Source of the DNA: Asterias rubens
Taxonomy: Eukaryota
NCBI RefSeq assembly: GCF_902459465.1
Contig: NC_047062.1
Coordinates: 3,286,001-3,350,000 of the forward strand
Length of the DNA stretch: 64,000 nucleotides
Direction: 5' to 3'
The notes under the pieces are model-generated. The model worked only from the letters and a program-made list of their open reading frames with translations. It did not search any database and was not told the DNA's origin. Shown piece by piece: positions 1-10,686 of the stretch (position 1 is the first letter of the stretch; every line of letters begins with the position of its first letter). The translations under genes and the position numbers were made by a program.

Positions 1-69
1 TAACTGTTTTAACATTTTTATCTTCTTAAAAGAAGATAAAAATGTGTTCTCATTTTGATTCTCATTTTG

Positions 70-262
70 GGTGTGATCCCAAACGGCAGTTAACGGTTGT
101 ATGGCTTCTGACTGGCACCCCCGAACAAAGATATTGACAAAATAGGAACACCGCCAATATAGGGCTAGATAGCTCAGTTGGTAGAGCGCCAGCACGTTAA
201 TCCAGAGGTTGTTGGTTCGAATCCCACTCTAGTCAATTCTTTGTTCAACCCCAAAAATCATT
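70..262 (+). mobile_element. tRNA(Asn-like)-derived SINE-like interspersed repeat
   Basis: Cloverleaf-like segment 163-235 with A box TAGCTCAGTTGG, B box GGTTCGAATCC and a GTT loop. The same upstream body (GGGTGTGATCCC...GACTGGCACCCCCGAACAAAGATATTGAC) recurs at other sites. Confidence 0.75.
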
Positions 263-3200
263 TTGATTCTGTCTCTTTTCATTTTGATTCTAGTCTCTTC
301 TCATTTTGATTCTGTCCCTTTTCATTTTGATTCTAGTCTCTTCTCATTTTGATTCTGTCTCTTTTCATTTTGATTATAGTCTCTTCTCATTTTGATTCTA
401 GTCTCTTTTCATTTTGATTCTAGTCTCTTCTCATTTTGATTCTAGTCTCTTCTCATTTTCATTCTGTCTCTTTTCATTTTGATTCTAGTCTCTTTTCATT
501 TTGATTCTGTCTCTTTTCATTTTGATTCTGTCTCTTTTCATTTTGATTCTAGTCTCTTCTCATTTTGATTCTGTCTCTTCTCATTTGATTCTAGTCTCTT
601 CTCATTTTGATTCTAGTCTCTTTTCATTTTGATTCTAGTCTCTTCTCATTTTGATTCTAGTCTCTTCTCATTTTGATTCTAGTCTCTTCTCAGTTTGATT
701 CGAGTCTCTTCTCATTTTGATTCTAGTCTCTTCTCATTTTGATTCTAGTCTCTTCTCATTTTGATTTTAGTCTCTTTTCATTTGATTCTAGTCTCTTCTC
801 ATTTTGATTCTAGTCTCTTCTCATTTTGATTCTAGTCTCTTTTCATTTTGATTCTAGTCTCTTCTCATTTTGATTCTAGTCTCTTCTCATTTTGATTCTA
901 GTCTCTTCTCATTTTGATTCTAGTCTCTTCTCATTTTGATTCTAGTCTCTTCTCATTTTGATTCTAGTCTCTTTTCATTTTGATTCTAGTCTCTTCTCAT
1001 TTTGATTCTAGTCTCTTCTCATTTTGATTCTAGTCTCTTCTCATTTTGATTCTAGTCTCTTCTCATTTTGATTCTTAGTCTCTTCTCATTTGATTCTAGT
1101 CTCTTCTCATTTTGATTCTAGTCTCTTCTCATTTGATTCTAGTCTCTTCTCATTTTGATTCTAGTCTCTTCTCATTTTGATTCTAGTCTCTTCTCATTTT
1201 GATTCTAGTCTCTTCTCATTTTGATTCTAGTCTCTTCTCATTTTGATTCTAGTCTCTTCTCATTTTGATTCTAGTCTCTTCTCATTTTGATTCTAGTCTC
1301 TTCTCATTTTGATTCTAGTCTCTTCTCATTTTGATTCTAGTCGCTTCTCATTTTGATTCTAGTCTCTTCTCATTTTGATTCTAGTCTCTTCTCATTTTGA
1401 TTCTAGTCTCTTCTCATTTTGATTCTAGTCTCTTCTCATTTTGATTCTAGTCTCTTCTCATTTTGATTCTAGTCTCTTTTCATTTTGATTCTAGTCTCTT
1501 CTCTTTTGATTCTAGTCTCTTCTCATTTTGATTCTAGTCTCTTCTCATTTTGACTCTAGTCTTTCATTTTGATTCTAGTCTTTCTAATTTTGATTAGTCT
1601 TTCTCATTTTGATTCTAGTCTCTTCTCATTTTGATTCTAGTCTCTTCTCATTTTGATTCTAGTCTCTTCTCATTTTGATTCTAGTTCTCTCATTTTGATT
1701 CTAGTCTCTTCTCATTTTGATTCTAGTCTCTTTCATTTTGATTCTTCTTCTCATTTTGATTCTAGTCTCTTCTCATTTTGATTCTAGTCTCTTTCATTTT
1801 GATTCTAGTCTTCTCATTTTGATTCTAGTCTCTTTCATTTGATTCTAGTCTCTTCTCATTTTGATTCTAGTCTCTTCTCATTTTGATTCTCTTCTCATTT
1901 TGATTCTAGTCTCTTCTCATTTTGATTCTCTCTCTTCATTTGATTCTAGTCTCTTTCATTTTGATCTAGTCTCTTTCATTTTGATTCTAGTCTCTTCTCA
2001 TTTTGATTCTGTCTCTTTTCATTTTGATTCTAGTCTCTTCTCATTTTGATTCTGTCTCTTCTCATTTTGATTCTGTCTCTTCTCATTTTGATTCTGTCTC
2101 TTTTCATTTTGATTCTAGTCTCTTCTCATTTTGATTCTGTCTCTTTTCATTTTGATTCTAGTCTCTTCTCATTTTGATTCTGTCTCTTTTCATTTTGATT
2201 CTAGTCTCTTCTCATTTTGATTCTGTCTCTTCTCATTTTGATTCTAGTCTCTTCTCATTTTGATTCTGTCTCTTCTCATTTTGATTCTAGTCTCTTCTCA
2301 TTTTGATTCTGTCTCTTTTTATTTTGATTCTAGTCTCTTCTCATTTTGATTCTGTCTCTTCTCATTTGATTCTAGTCTCTTTTCATTTTGATTCTAGTCT
2401 CTTCTCATTTTGATTCTAGTCTCTTCTCATTTTGATTCTGTCTCTTCTCATTTTGATTCTAGTCTCTTCTCATTTTGATTCTAGTCTCTTTTCATTTTGA
2501 TTCTAGTCTCTTTTCATTTTGATTCTAGTCTCTTCTCATTTTGATTCTAGTCTCTTCTCATTTTGATTCTAGTCTCTTCTCATTTTGATTCTAGTCTCTT
2601 CTCATTTTGATTCTGTCTCTTCTCATTTTGATTCTAGTCTCTTCTCATTTTGATTCTAGTCTCTTCTCATTTTGATTCTGTCTCTTCTCATTTTAATTCT
2701 AGTCTCTTCTCATTTTGATTCTAGTCTCTTCTCATTTTGATTCTAGTCTCTTCTCATTTTGATTCTAGTCTCTTCTCATTGTGATTCTAGTCTCTTCTCA
2801 TTTTAATTCTAGTCTCTTCTCATTTTGATTCTAGTCTCTTCTCATTTTGATTCTAGTCTCTTCTCATTTTGATTCTAGTCTCTTCTCATTTTGATTCTAG
2901 TCTCTTCTCATTTTGATTCTAGTCTCTTCTCATTTTGATTCTAGTCGCTTCTCATTTTGATTCTAGTCTCTTCTCATTTTGATTCTAGCCTCTTCTCATT
3001 TTGATTCTAGTCTCTTCTCATTTTGATTCTAGTCTCTTCTCATTTTGATTCTAGTCTCTTCTCATTTTGATTCTAGTCTCTTCTCATTTTGATTCTAGTC
3101 TCTTCTCATTTTGATTCTAGTCTCTTCTCATTTTGATTCTAGTCATTTCTCATTTTGATTCTAGCCTCTTCTCATTTTGATTCTAGTCTCTTCTCATTTT

Positions 3201-4828
3201 GATTCTGTCTCTTTTCATTTTGATTCTAGTCTCTTCTCATTTTGATTCTGTCTCTTTTCATTTTGATTCTAGTCTCTTCTCATTTTGATTCTAGTCTCTT
3301 CTCATTTTGATTCTAGTCTCTTCTCATTTTGATTCTGTCTCTTCTCATTTTGATTCTAGTCTCTTCTCATTTTGATTCTGTCTCTTTTTATTTTGATTCT
3401 AGTCTCTTCTCATTTTGATTCTGTCTCTTCTCATTTTGATTCTAGTCTCTTTTCATTTTGATTCTAGTCTCTTCTCATTTTGATTCTAGTCTCTTCTCAT
3501 TTTGATTCTGTCTCTTCTCATTTTGATTCTAGTCTCTTCTCATTTTGATTCTAGTCTCTTTTCATTTTGATTCTAGTCTCTTCTCATTTTGATTCTAGTC
3601 TCTTCTCATTTTGATTCTAGTCTCTTCTCATTTTGATTCTAGTCTCTTCTCATTTTGATTCTAGTCTCTTCTCATTTTGATTCTGTCTCTTCTCATTTTG
3701 ATTCTAGTCTCTTCTCATTTTGATTCTAGTCTCTTCTCATTTTGATTCTGTCTCTTCTCATTTTAATTCTAGTCTCTTCTCATTTTGATTCTAGTCTCTT
3801 CTCATTTTGATTCTAGTCTCTTCTCATTTTGATTCTAGTCTCTTCTCATTGTGATTCTAGTCTCTTCTCATTTTGATTCTAGCCTCTTCTCATTTTGATT
3901 CTAGTCTCTTCTCATTTTGATTCTGGTCTCTTCTCATTTTGATTCTAGTCTCTTCTCATTTTGATTCTGGTCTCTTCTCATTTTGATTCTAGTCTCTTCT
4001 CATTTTGATTCTAGTCTCTTCTCATTTTGATTCTAGCCTCTTCTCATTTTGATTCTAGTCTCTTCTCATTTTGATTCTAGTCTCTTCTCATTTTGATTCT
4101 AGTCTCTTCTCATTTTGATTCTGGTCTCTTCTCATTTTGATTCTAGTCTCTTCTCATTTTGATTCTAGTCTCTTCTCATTTTGATTCTAGTCTCTTCTCA
4201 TTTTGATTCTAGTCTCTTCTCATTTTGATTCTAGTCTCTTCTCATTTTGATTCTAGTCTCTTCTCATTTTGATTCTAGTCTCTTCTCATTTTGATTCTAG
4301 TCTCTTCTCATTTTGATTCTAGTCTCTTCTCATTTTGATTCTAGTCTCTTCTCATTTTGATTCTAGTCTCTTCTCATTTTGATTCTAGTCTCTTCTCATT
4401 TTGATTCTAGTCTCTTCTCATTTTGATTCTAGTCTCTTCTCATTTTGATTCTAGTCTCTTCTCATTTTGATTCTAGTCGCTTCTCATTTTGATTCTAGCC
4501 TCTTCTCATTTTGATTCTAGTCTCTTCTCATTTTGATTCTAGTCTCTTCTCATTTTGATTCTAGTCTCTTCTCATTTTGATTCTAGTCTCTTCTCATTTT
4601 GATTCTAGTCTCTTCTCATTTTGATTCTAGTCTCTTCTCATTTTGATTCTAGTCTCTTCTCATTTTGATTCTAGTCTCTTCTCATTTTGATTCTAGTCTC
4701 TTCTCATTTTGATTCTAGTCTCTTCTCATTTTGATTCTAGTCTCTTCTCATTTTGATTCTAGTCTCTTCTCATTTTGATTCTAGTCTCTTCTCATTTTGA
4801 TTCTAGTCTCTTTTCATTTTGATTCTGG
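258..4828. repeat. 22-bp tandem satellite (TTTTGATTCTAGTCTCTTCTCA)n, about 200 units, in an XRCC3 intron
   Basis: Directly visible. Variants include a 21-bp unit (TTCTGTC) and a TCTCTTTTCA unit. Confidence 0.98.
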
Positions 4829-4926
4829 TCTTGTAAATAAAATCCCTGTCCAGTAAAGATTCTGATTTTAAAGTCCTGCCGACTTGTGGATTTTCCCCTC
4901 AAATTTTAGCCCCGATTGATCCGTAC

Positions 4927-7900
4927 CTGATTGACACAAACCACTGGGATACCGTAGACCCTGCCTAGATGATGAAGCTTAGCACCCAGGGTCTGTAGGT
5001 GTTTGGCTCTCTTCACAGCCTCCCCAGAGCTGAACTCGCAGCGGAAGAGGGCAGCTAGGGAGTCCAGAATGATCAGCTTGACCTGGCTCTGTTGCAGCAG
5101 CAGAGGGATGCGATACTTGATGCAGTGGCTCAACTGATCCTGTAGGCCAAAAGAAATCAACTCGATTAAATAATTTTGGTTTCACCCTTACACCAATGTG
5201 TGTAAGAACTTTATAATCGGAACTTTCCGAGTGCTATGAACAAAATCACTAGGATATTACTCCGGTCGGATTCAAACCCATTACCTTTGCAATTACCTAG
5301 AGCAGTGTCAGCTGTGAAAAGAGAGAAACTGTGGATAAGGCACATTCAGACCATTCAACCCCACAGTCCAAGAACAACCAAGAAGCAAATGACTTACAAC
5401 TTTTTGTCTTGGCCTTTCTCCTTTTCCCACAGACATCCCCTCATTCACTAATTAATAACTTGTTCTCCCTCTTTCCACCTTTGATTTTGTCTTTTGTGTT
5501 TGCAACCTCTCGTGGTAAAACCAGCCCCTTCCCCTTACCACCCTTTTGTCTCTTTCCTTATTTCTATCCCTTGATTTGTCTGTGTGCTTTCTGTCTCTCT
5601 CTATCTCTTTAATTTCAAGCCTATAGTATTAGACTTCAAGAAAGACTCTGCTAGGGTCAATGATCATTAAATATCTATTGCCTTTCTTTTAACTTCTTTC
5701 TACTTGACTGAGGAACACACCAGTATACTCGTTGTGTTATCATTTAGCCTTTGAGAAAGACTAGGATTGAAATGTAAGGCTATTATTTTTGGTAAATATC
5801 ATACATAAGTATCGTGAGTGACCTGCCAGTACTCACCCTTTCTGATACATGCTCGATGAAGATGTTGTCTCCTAATCTAAGATGTTTAGATTCAGTTGCA
5901 TCAAGTCTTCCCTGGAATGTCTGAATGAGCTGATGAAGCCTCTTACTCGGGAAGACGTCCTCTGTGCAAACGTAGACTGCTCCTGTAAGGAAATTTTAAA
6001 AAGTTAGAATATGTGAACCCTCAAAATACAAGCATGACATTGTTCCTAGGGGAAAAAAAGTAGGAAAGTTTGATTGAGTACAAGGGCTGACTTACATCTA
6101 GAAATGGTCTAGGCTTTAGCAGACATTTCAGTTTATTAAATCACATTGTTTTCCCAGGTTTTTCTAAGGGCAAAACAAGTCGAAATTCAGACTAAGTTAG
6201 GAAGAATATTATAAGTGAAAAAAAAAGGAAATCTATAGGTGTTTTTCTTATAAAACAAAATGATTTTGTGTTGACAAAGAAAAGTTGACTAGAGCAGATT
6301 AACGTGCCGGCTCTCTCTCAACTAAGCTATCTAGCCCTAGTGTTGGTGGTCTCCCTATTTTATCAAATCTTTGTTCGAGGGTACCAGTCAGAACTAATAC
6401 AATCTGTAACTGCCGTTTAGCCAGGGATCACACCAGAGGTTTAAGATACAACCCGGGATGCCCCAAAAATTGAATAACGCTTCTCAGATTGTGTATTCCT
6501 TTCTTAGAAATTATCATTCAGCGTTGATATATTTGCTCCAGATTTTCAACCAATTTTCAAAAACGCCACCACCTTTTGAAATTAAATTTTCACATCTTCA
6601 GTTATATAGGATTAAAACAATCCAAACAGTTCCAAAAACCAAAGCCACATTTTGCCTTAAATACTGTTCATGGTTTTCACTTACCTCCACCCAGTCCTCC
6701 ATTCTCAACAGAGCGCTGTACACTCAGGCAAAGCTGCATGCAAAGTTGTGTCTTGCCAGCTGCGCTCTCGCCGGCAATCTCAGTGATGCCTCTCGTTAGG
6801 ATGCCTCCATTAAGGAACTCATCCAGCACGCCACAGCCGGTGCTCACCGTGGCTACCTGCAGTGACTTGTCACATGTTCCTTGGTAAACTTCAAGGGCTG
6901 TAACACAAGTAAAAAAACACACAAATGCAATATCTTATGGTTTGATAGTAATAATAACAGGCCTTGAACTTCGCTCTTGAACAGGCAGAGCAATTTTCCT
7001 CTTGTAAGGGGCACTTTCATGAGGAGCAATGTAAGTTTGTAATTGAACCTTGCAGAGGTTATTTAGCCTTTGCATTTTTACTATTGGTCCTTTTGGCTGG
7101 TAACAAAATAAGATGACTGCAGGATTTCTATTCAGCTGTAGGGTTACTGGCTCAATGCTAAAATGTATGGTCTTTTGCCAGTGGTACAGTGGGTACTTCA
7201 AGCCCTGGTGTTACTGGCCCTTAGTAGAGATGATCGTAACCCTCCTCTACGCCCGTCGGGAGGATGGGGGGGGGTTACTGGCCCTTAGTTGAGATGATCG
7301 TAACCCTCCATCTACGCCCGTCAGGAGGATGGGGTTACTGGTCCTTAGTTGAGATGATCGTAACCCTCCATCTACGCCCGTCGGGAGGATGGGGGGGGGG
7401 GGGGGGGGGGGTTACTGGCCCTTAGTTGAGATGATCGTAACCCTCCATCTACGCCCGTCGGGAGGATGGGGGGGGGGGGTTTGGTTACGATCATTGCAAC
7501 TAACTGGCCCTGTGCTGAAGTTTCTGGACTCTGGGCAGTGGGTAAGTGGGTAAGTACCCACTCAAGCCCTGAGGTTACTGGCTCTTAGTTGAGATGATCG
7601 TAACCCTCTATCTACGAGCATCGGGAGGATTGGGGGGGGGGTTACGATCATTGCAACTAACTGGCCCTGTGCTGAGGTTTCTGGACTCTGGGCAGTGGGT
7701 AAGTGGGTAAGTACCCACTCAAGCCCTGAGGTTACTGGCTCTTAGTTGAGATGATCGTAACCCTCCATCTACGAGCATCGGGAGGATTGGAGGGGGGTTA
7801 CGATCATTGCAACTAACTGGCCCTGTGCTGAGGTTTCTGGCTAGTGGCCAGTGGTCCAGTGGGTACTTTGAGACCTGACTACTCCTCACAACAAACGTCC

Positions 7901-10388
7901 CCACAGTTCTTTTAAACCAGTTTCACTACAAAAAGGATTATACCTGTTGCAGAAGGATTCTTGTAGACTGCTCTTGAGACAGTCTGAAGCAATGTCTGGA
8001 TGTCATGAGCTGATAGTTTGGTGCGACGCCCAATATCGGCAGGTGACAGGTTAAGCACTGCAGCAAAGGATGCAAGCTTGGCTAAGAAAATTAAAGACAT
8101 TTAGAGTAATCAGTCATATGATTTATAACTCTTGATATGTAGTGTCCCAGATGGATAGGTTAGCCCTGAGATACCATGGAATATTGTTTAGTGTCTTGGT
8201 AAAAGTAAATGACAGTTTAGTTGCGATGATGGTAACCCTCCATTTACGGTCTGCGACCATCGGGAGGATCATGGAGGAAGGAAACAATTGGGAAGATGGA
8301 CAGTTACAATCGTCGCAACGAATGACAATTTCGACCCATTTTGTTGCTATTATGTCAGGACATCTTTGTAAATAGATTTAATTTCAACATAAAATTGTGC
8401 CACAAGCATGTCAAGCTATACAATACAACCTCTAACCAATCACATAAACTTTTAAAAATTGCCTTGCGACTAGCTTTTTACTATGGCACATAAAAAGTCA
8501 TAATAATAAAATTTATAAGTTTTACTCTACGTCTACAGACCATGACAGATATGAACTTTAACTAATAGAATTTCTAAACTGGACAAATAAAAGTGTGTAT
8601 ACAAAAACTGACTATATAATATATTGAAAATCATAAGTCTGAATTTGTGTCAATCAGCAATAAAAAATACAACATATAAACAAAAAATAGGCTCACATGG
8701 TGTATACCATAAAATAACAAGCCTGTGAAAATTTTGGCTCAATTGGTCATCGAAGTTGCGAGAAAATGATGAAAGAAAAAACGCCCTTGTTGGACGAATT
8801 TGTGTGCTTTCAGATAAGAATAAAAGACTTGTAGCTAAAAGTCTTTCATTATTTTAGTGAGAAATAACCCCTTTCTCAAAAACTATGAGAATTCAGAGGG
8901 AACCGTTCCCACAATGTTTTATACTACCAACAGCTCTCAAATGCTCGTTACCAAGTCAGTTTTTATGTTAGTATTTGTTTTGAGTAATTACCAAAGGTGT
9001 ACCTTCCCGTTAATCATTTGGTTGGTTGGCATTTCTTTAAAGCCATTTCTTTAAACAGTGTTGTCCAAAGGCCCACACTTCATGTATCACAACTTATATA
9101 TAAAATAACAAACCTGTGAAAATTTAGGCTCAATCTACTCCTAGAACTATTTCGGTTTCGTCCGGCTATCGTTGTTACGGGAGACGATAGCCGGACAAAA
9201 CCGAAAACGTTCTAGGAGTAAGGCTCAATAGGTCATCGGAGTCAGAAGAAAAGAACGGGAACACCCACCCTTGTTTCCGCACGTTTCGCCGTGTCATGAC
9301 ATGTGTTTAAAATAAATCCGTAATTCTCGACAATGAGAATTGATAATTGTTTTAATGTTTTCTCAAAAAGTAAAGCATTTCATGGAACAATATTTCAAGA
9401 GAAGTCTTTCACCATGACCTTCTGTAAACCCTGTAACAAGTTATTTGTAAATCTGTGAACTTTTATTTTTTTTCTGTTCCGAAAGTGTATAATGGCTTTA
9501 ATATCGGTTATACTTTTTATATGGACGACAGCCAAGCAAGAAGCAAACTATGGCACCTTAGAGGGATCTGTTTCTCACAATGTTTTATACCATCAACCTC
9601 TCCCCATTACTCGTCACCAAGAAAGGTTCTATGTTAATAATTATTTTGAGTAATGACAAATACTAATAGTGTCCACTGGCCACTGCCTTTATTAATTAAA
9701 GGAACACGTTGCCTTGGATCGGACAAGTTGGTCTTTGAAAAGCATTTGAAATCGTTTGTTATGGAATGCATATGGTTAGAAAGAGTTTTAAAAGTAGAAT
9801 ATAATGTTCCACACAAGTATCACTCAAAATTGCACGGTTTTCATTTTACATCGCGAACTAACACGGTCAAAGTTTTGACTCCCAAAGTTTTGACTCCCAT
9901 AAATGGCCGACCGTGTTTGTCGACGAGATAAAACGAAAACCACGCAATTTCGAGGCATATTTGTGTAGATCATTGTATTCTACTTTTACATCTTTCTAAC
10001 CATATCGATTTTATAACAAACGGTTACAGGGCGCTTTAAAAGACCAACTCGACCGATCCAAGGCAACGTATTCTTTAGTATCTGTATCTGTATCTGTTAG
10101 CGGACCCTGTTAGCTACTGTGCAAACTCCAATAGACTGGATATCTCGCACAGGGCGCAGTCACGGTGCAAAGCAGCTTAGTAATCTGAAAGGGCCCCCCG
10201 TGTGATTTGAAGAAGATTGCTATTTTGGGTTCTAGACTTTAAGATTTCTATAGTTGGTGACTCCCTGATGTTAGATGGTAGTAAGACACACAGTATGGAT
10301 TTTTTTTATTTTATAATAACAACCACAGCAATAACAAACCTCTCCTAACAGCTGATATTATTTTAGGATTTAACTCCAGGTCGTCCAT
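4927..10388 (-). CDS. XRCC3: DNA repair protein XRCC3 (RAD51 paralogue), partial; 3' exon(s) lie beyond the satellite, outside the window
   Basis: Spliced model with GT-AG sites and consistent phases: 10388-10340 (MDDLELNPKIISAVRR), 8081-7944, 6897-6685 (Walker A GESAAGKT), 5982-5837 (GAVYVCTEDVFPSKRL), 5139-4927 (LIILDSLAALFRCEF...PVVCVNQ). These motifs match XRCC3 as I recall it (MDLDLLDLNPRII, GAVYICTEDAFP, DSVAAPFRCEF, PVLCINQ). Confidence 0.93.
6260..6455 (-). mobile_element. Same tRNA-derived SINE-like family, degenerate
   Basis: Reverse complement of 70-262 (agctatctagccct...gggatcacacc). Further copies at ~20175-20345 and ~23355-23620 (-), and ~60690-60790 (+). Confidence 0.7.
7209..7870. 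repeat. G-rich hairpin minisatellite in XRCC3 intron 2 (~60-bp units, then ~149-bp units)
   Basis: Repeated gttactggcccttagttgagatgatcgtaaccctccatctacg...gggaggatg(G)n. The larger units start at 7582 and 7731. Confidence 0.9.
9041..9497. mobile_element. Non-autonomous TTAA-target DNA transposon (Kolobok-like) carrying a nested hairpin element
   Basis: TTAA|AGCCATT...AATGGCT|TTAA. Related copies at 16523-16850 and 54387-54548. Confidence 0.7.
9135..9221. mobile_element. 86-87 bp palindromic MITE with an 8-9 bp target duplication
   Basis: (A)GGCTCAAT on both sides; arms tactcctagaac..cggtttcgtccggctatcgt / acgatagccggacaaaaccg..gttctaggagta. Confidence 0.75.
9700..10074. mobile_element. TTAA-target MITE (Kolobok-like)
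   Basis: TIR aggaacacgttgccttggatcgg / ccgatccaaggcaacgtattct, preceded by TTAA. Confidence 0.65.
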
Positions 10389-10686
10389 TCTCGTTCTACA
10401 TTGCTTCCCATGAAGTTGCCCACATTTTCAATCAATTCATGCACCGTGTGTCAAACGTCAAACCCTGTGTCCAAAACACTGTTGATTTTTACGTACATAC
10501 AAAACATTAAATTTCCCTCTCTGTTAAAGTGTGTTAGCGCCCTCTATCGCTTGCTTCATTTGTTAACAATTTTCGCAGCAGCAGAAACAGAAAAAGAAAA
10601 TGGCCGCCCCCATAGCAGCTGTCAGCAGACTTTGCAAATACAAGGCCGTGTAAGAAAGGAAAGAACAGGCAATTTTTCGCTGCATC
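10389..10686. promoter_or_regulatory. Probable bidirectional promoter region of XRCC3/RAB3GAP2
   Basis: The divergent ATGs are 298 bp apart. A YY1-like AAAATGGCCGCC lies at 10597-10608. TSS positions are not known. Confidence 0.6.

Noticed and set aside
163-235. Functional tRNA-Asn(GTT) gene
   Set aside because: The anticodon and T stems have mismatches, and the segment is embedded in a longer repeat with several degenerate copies in the window, so it is SINE-like.
1500-1990. Biologically diverged sub-domain of the satellite
   Set aside because: Dense 1-3 bp deletions here resemble uncorrected long-read error and cannot be interpreted without the reads.
258-4828. CRISPR array or coding repeat (ORF 1861-2049)
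   Set aside because: The units are contiguous with no unique spacers, there are no cas genes, and the context is a eukaryotic intron. The ORF is simply a translation of the satellite.
4906-6922. Prokaryotic RecA/RadA fragments or a pseudogene
   Set aside because: The pieces join through canonical phase-compatible introns into XRCC3.
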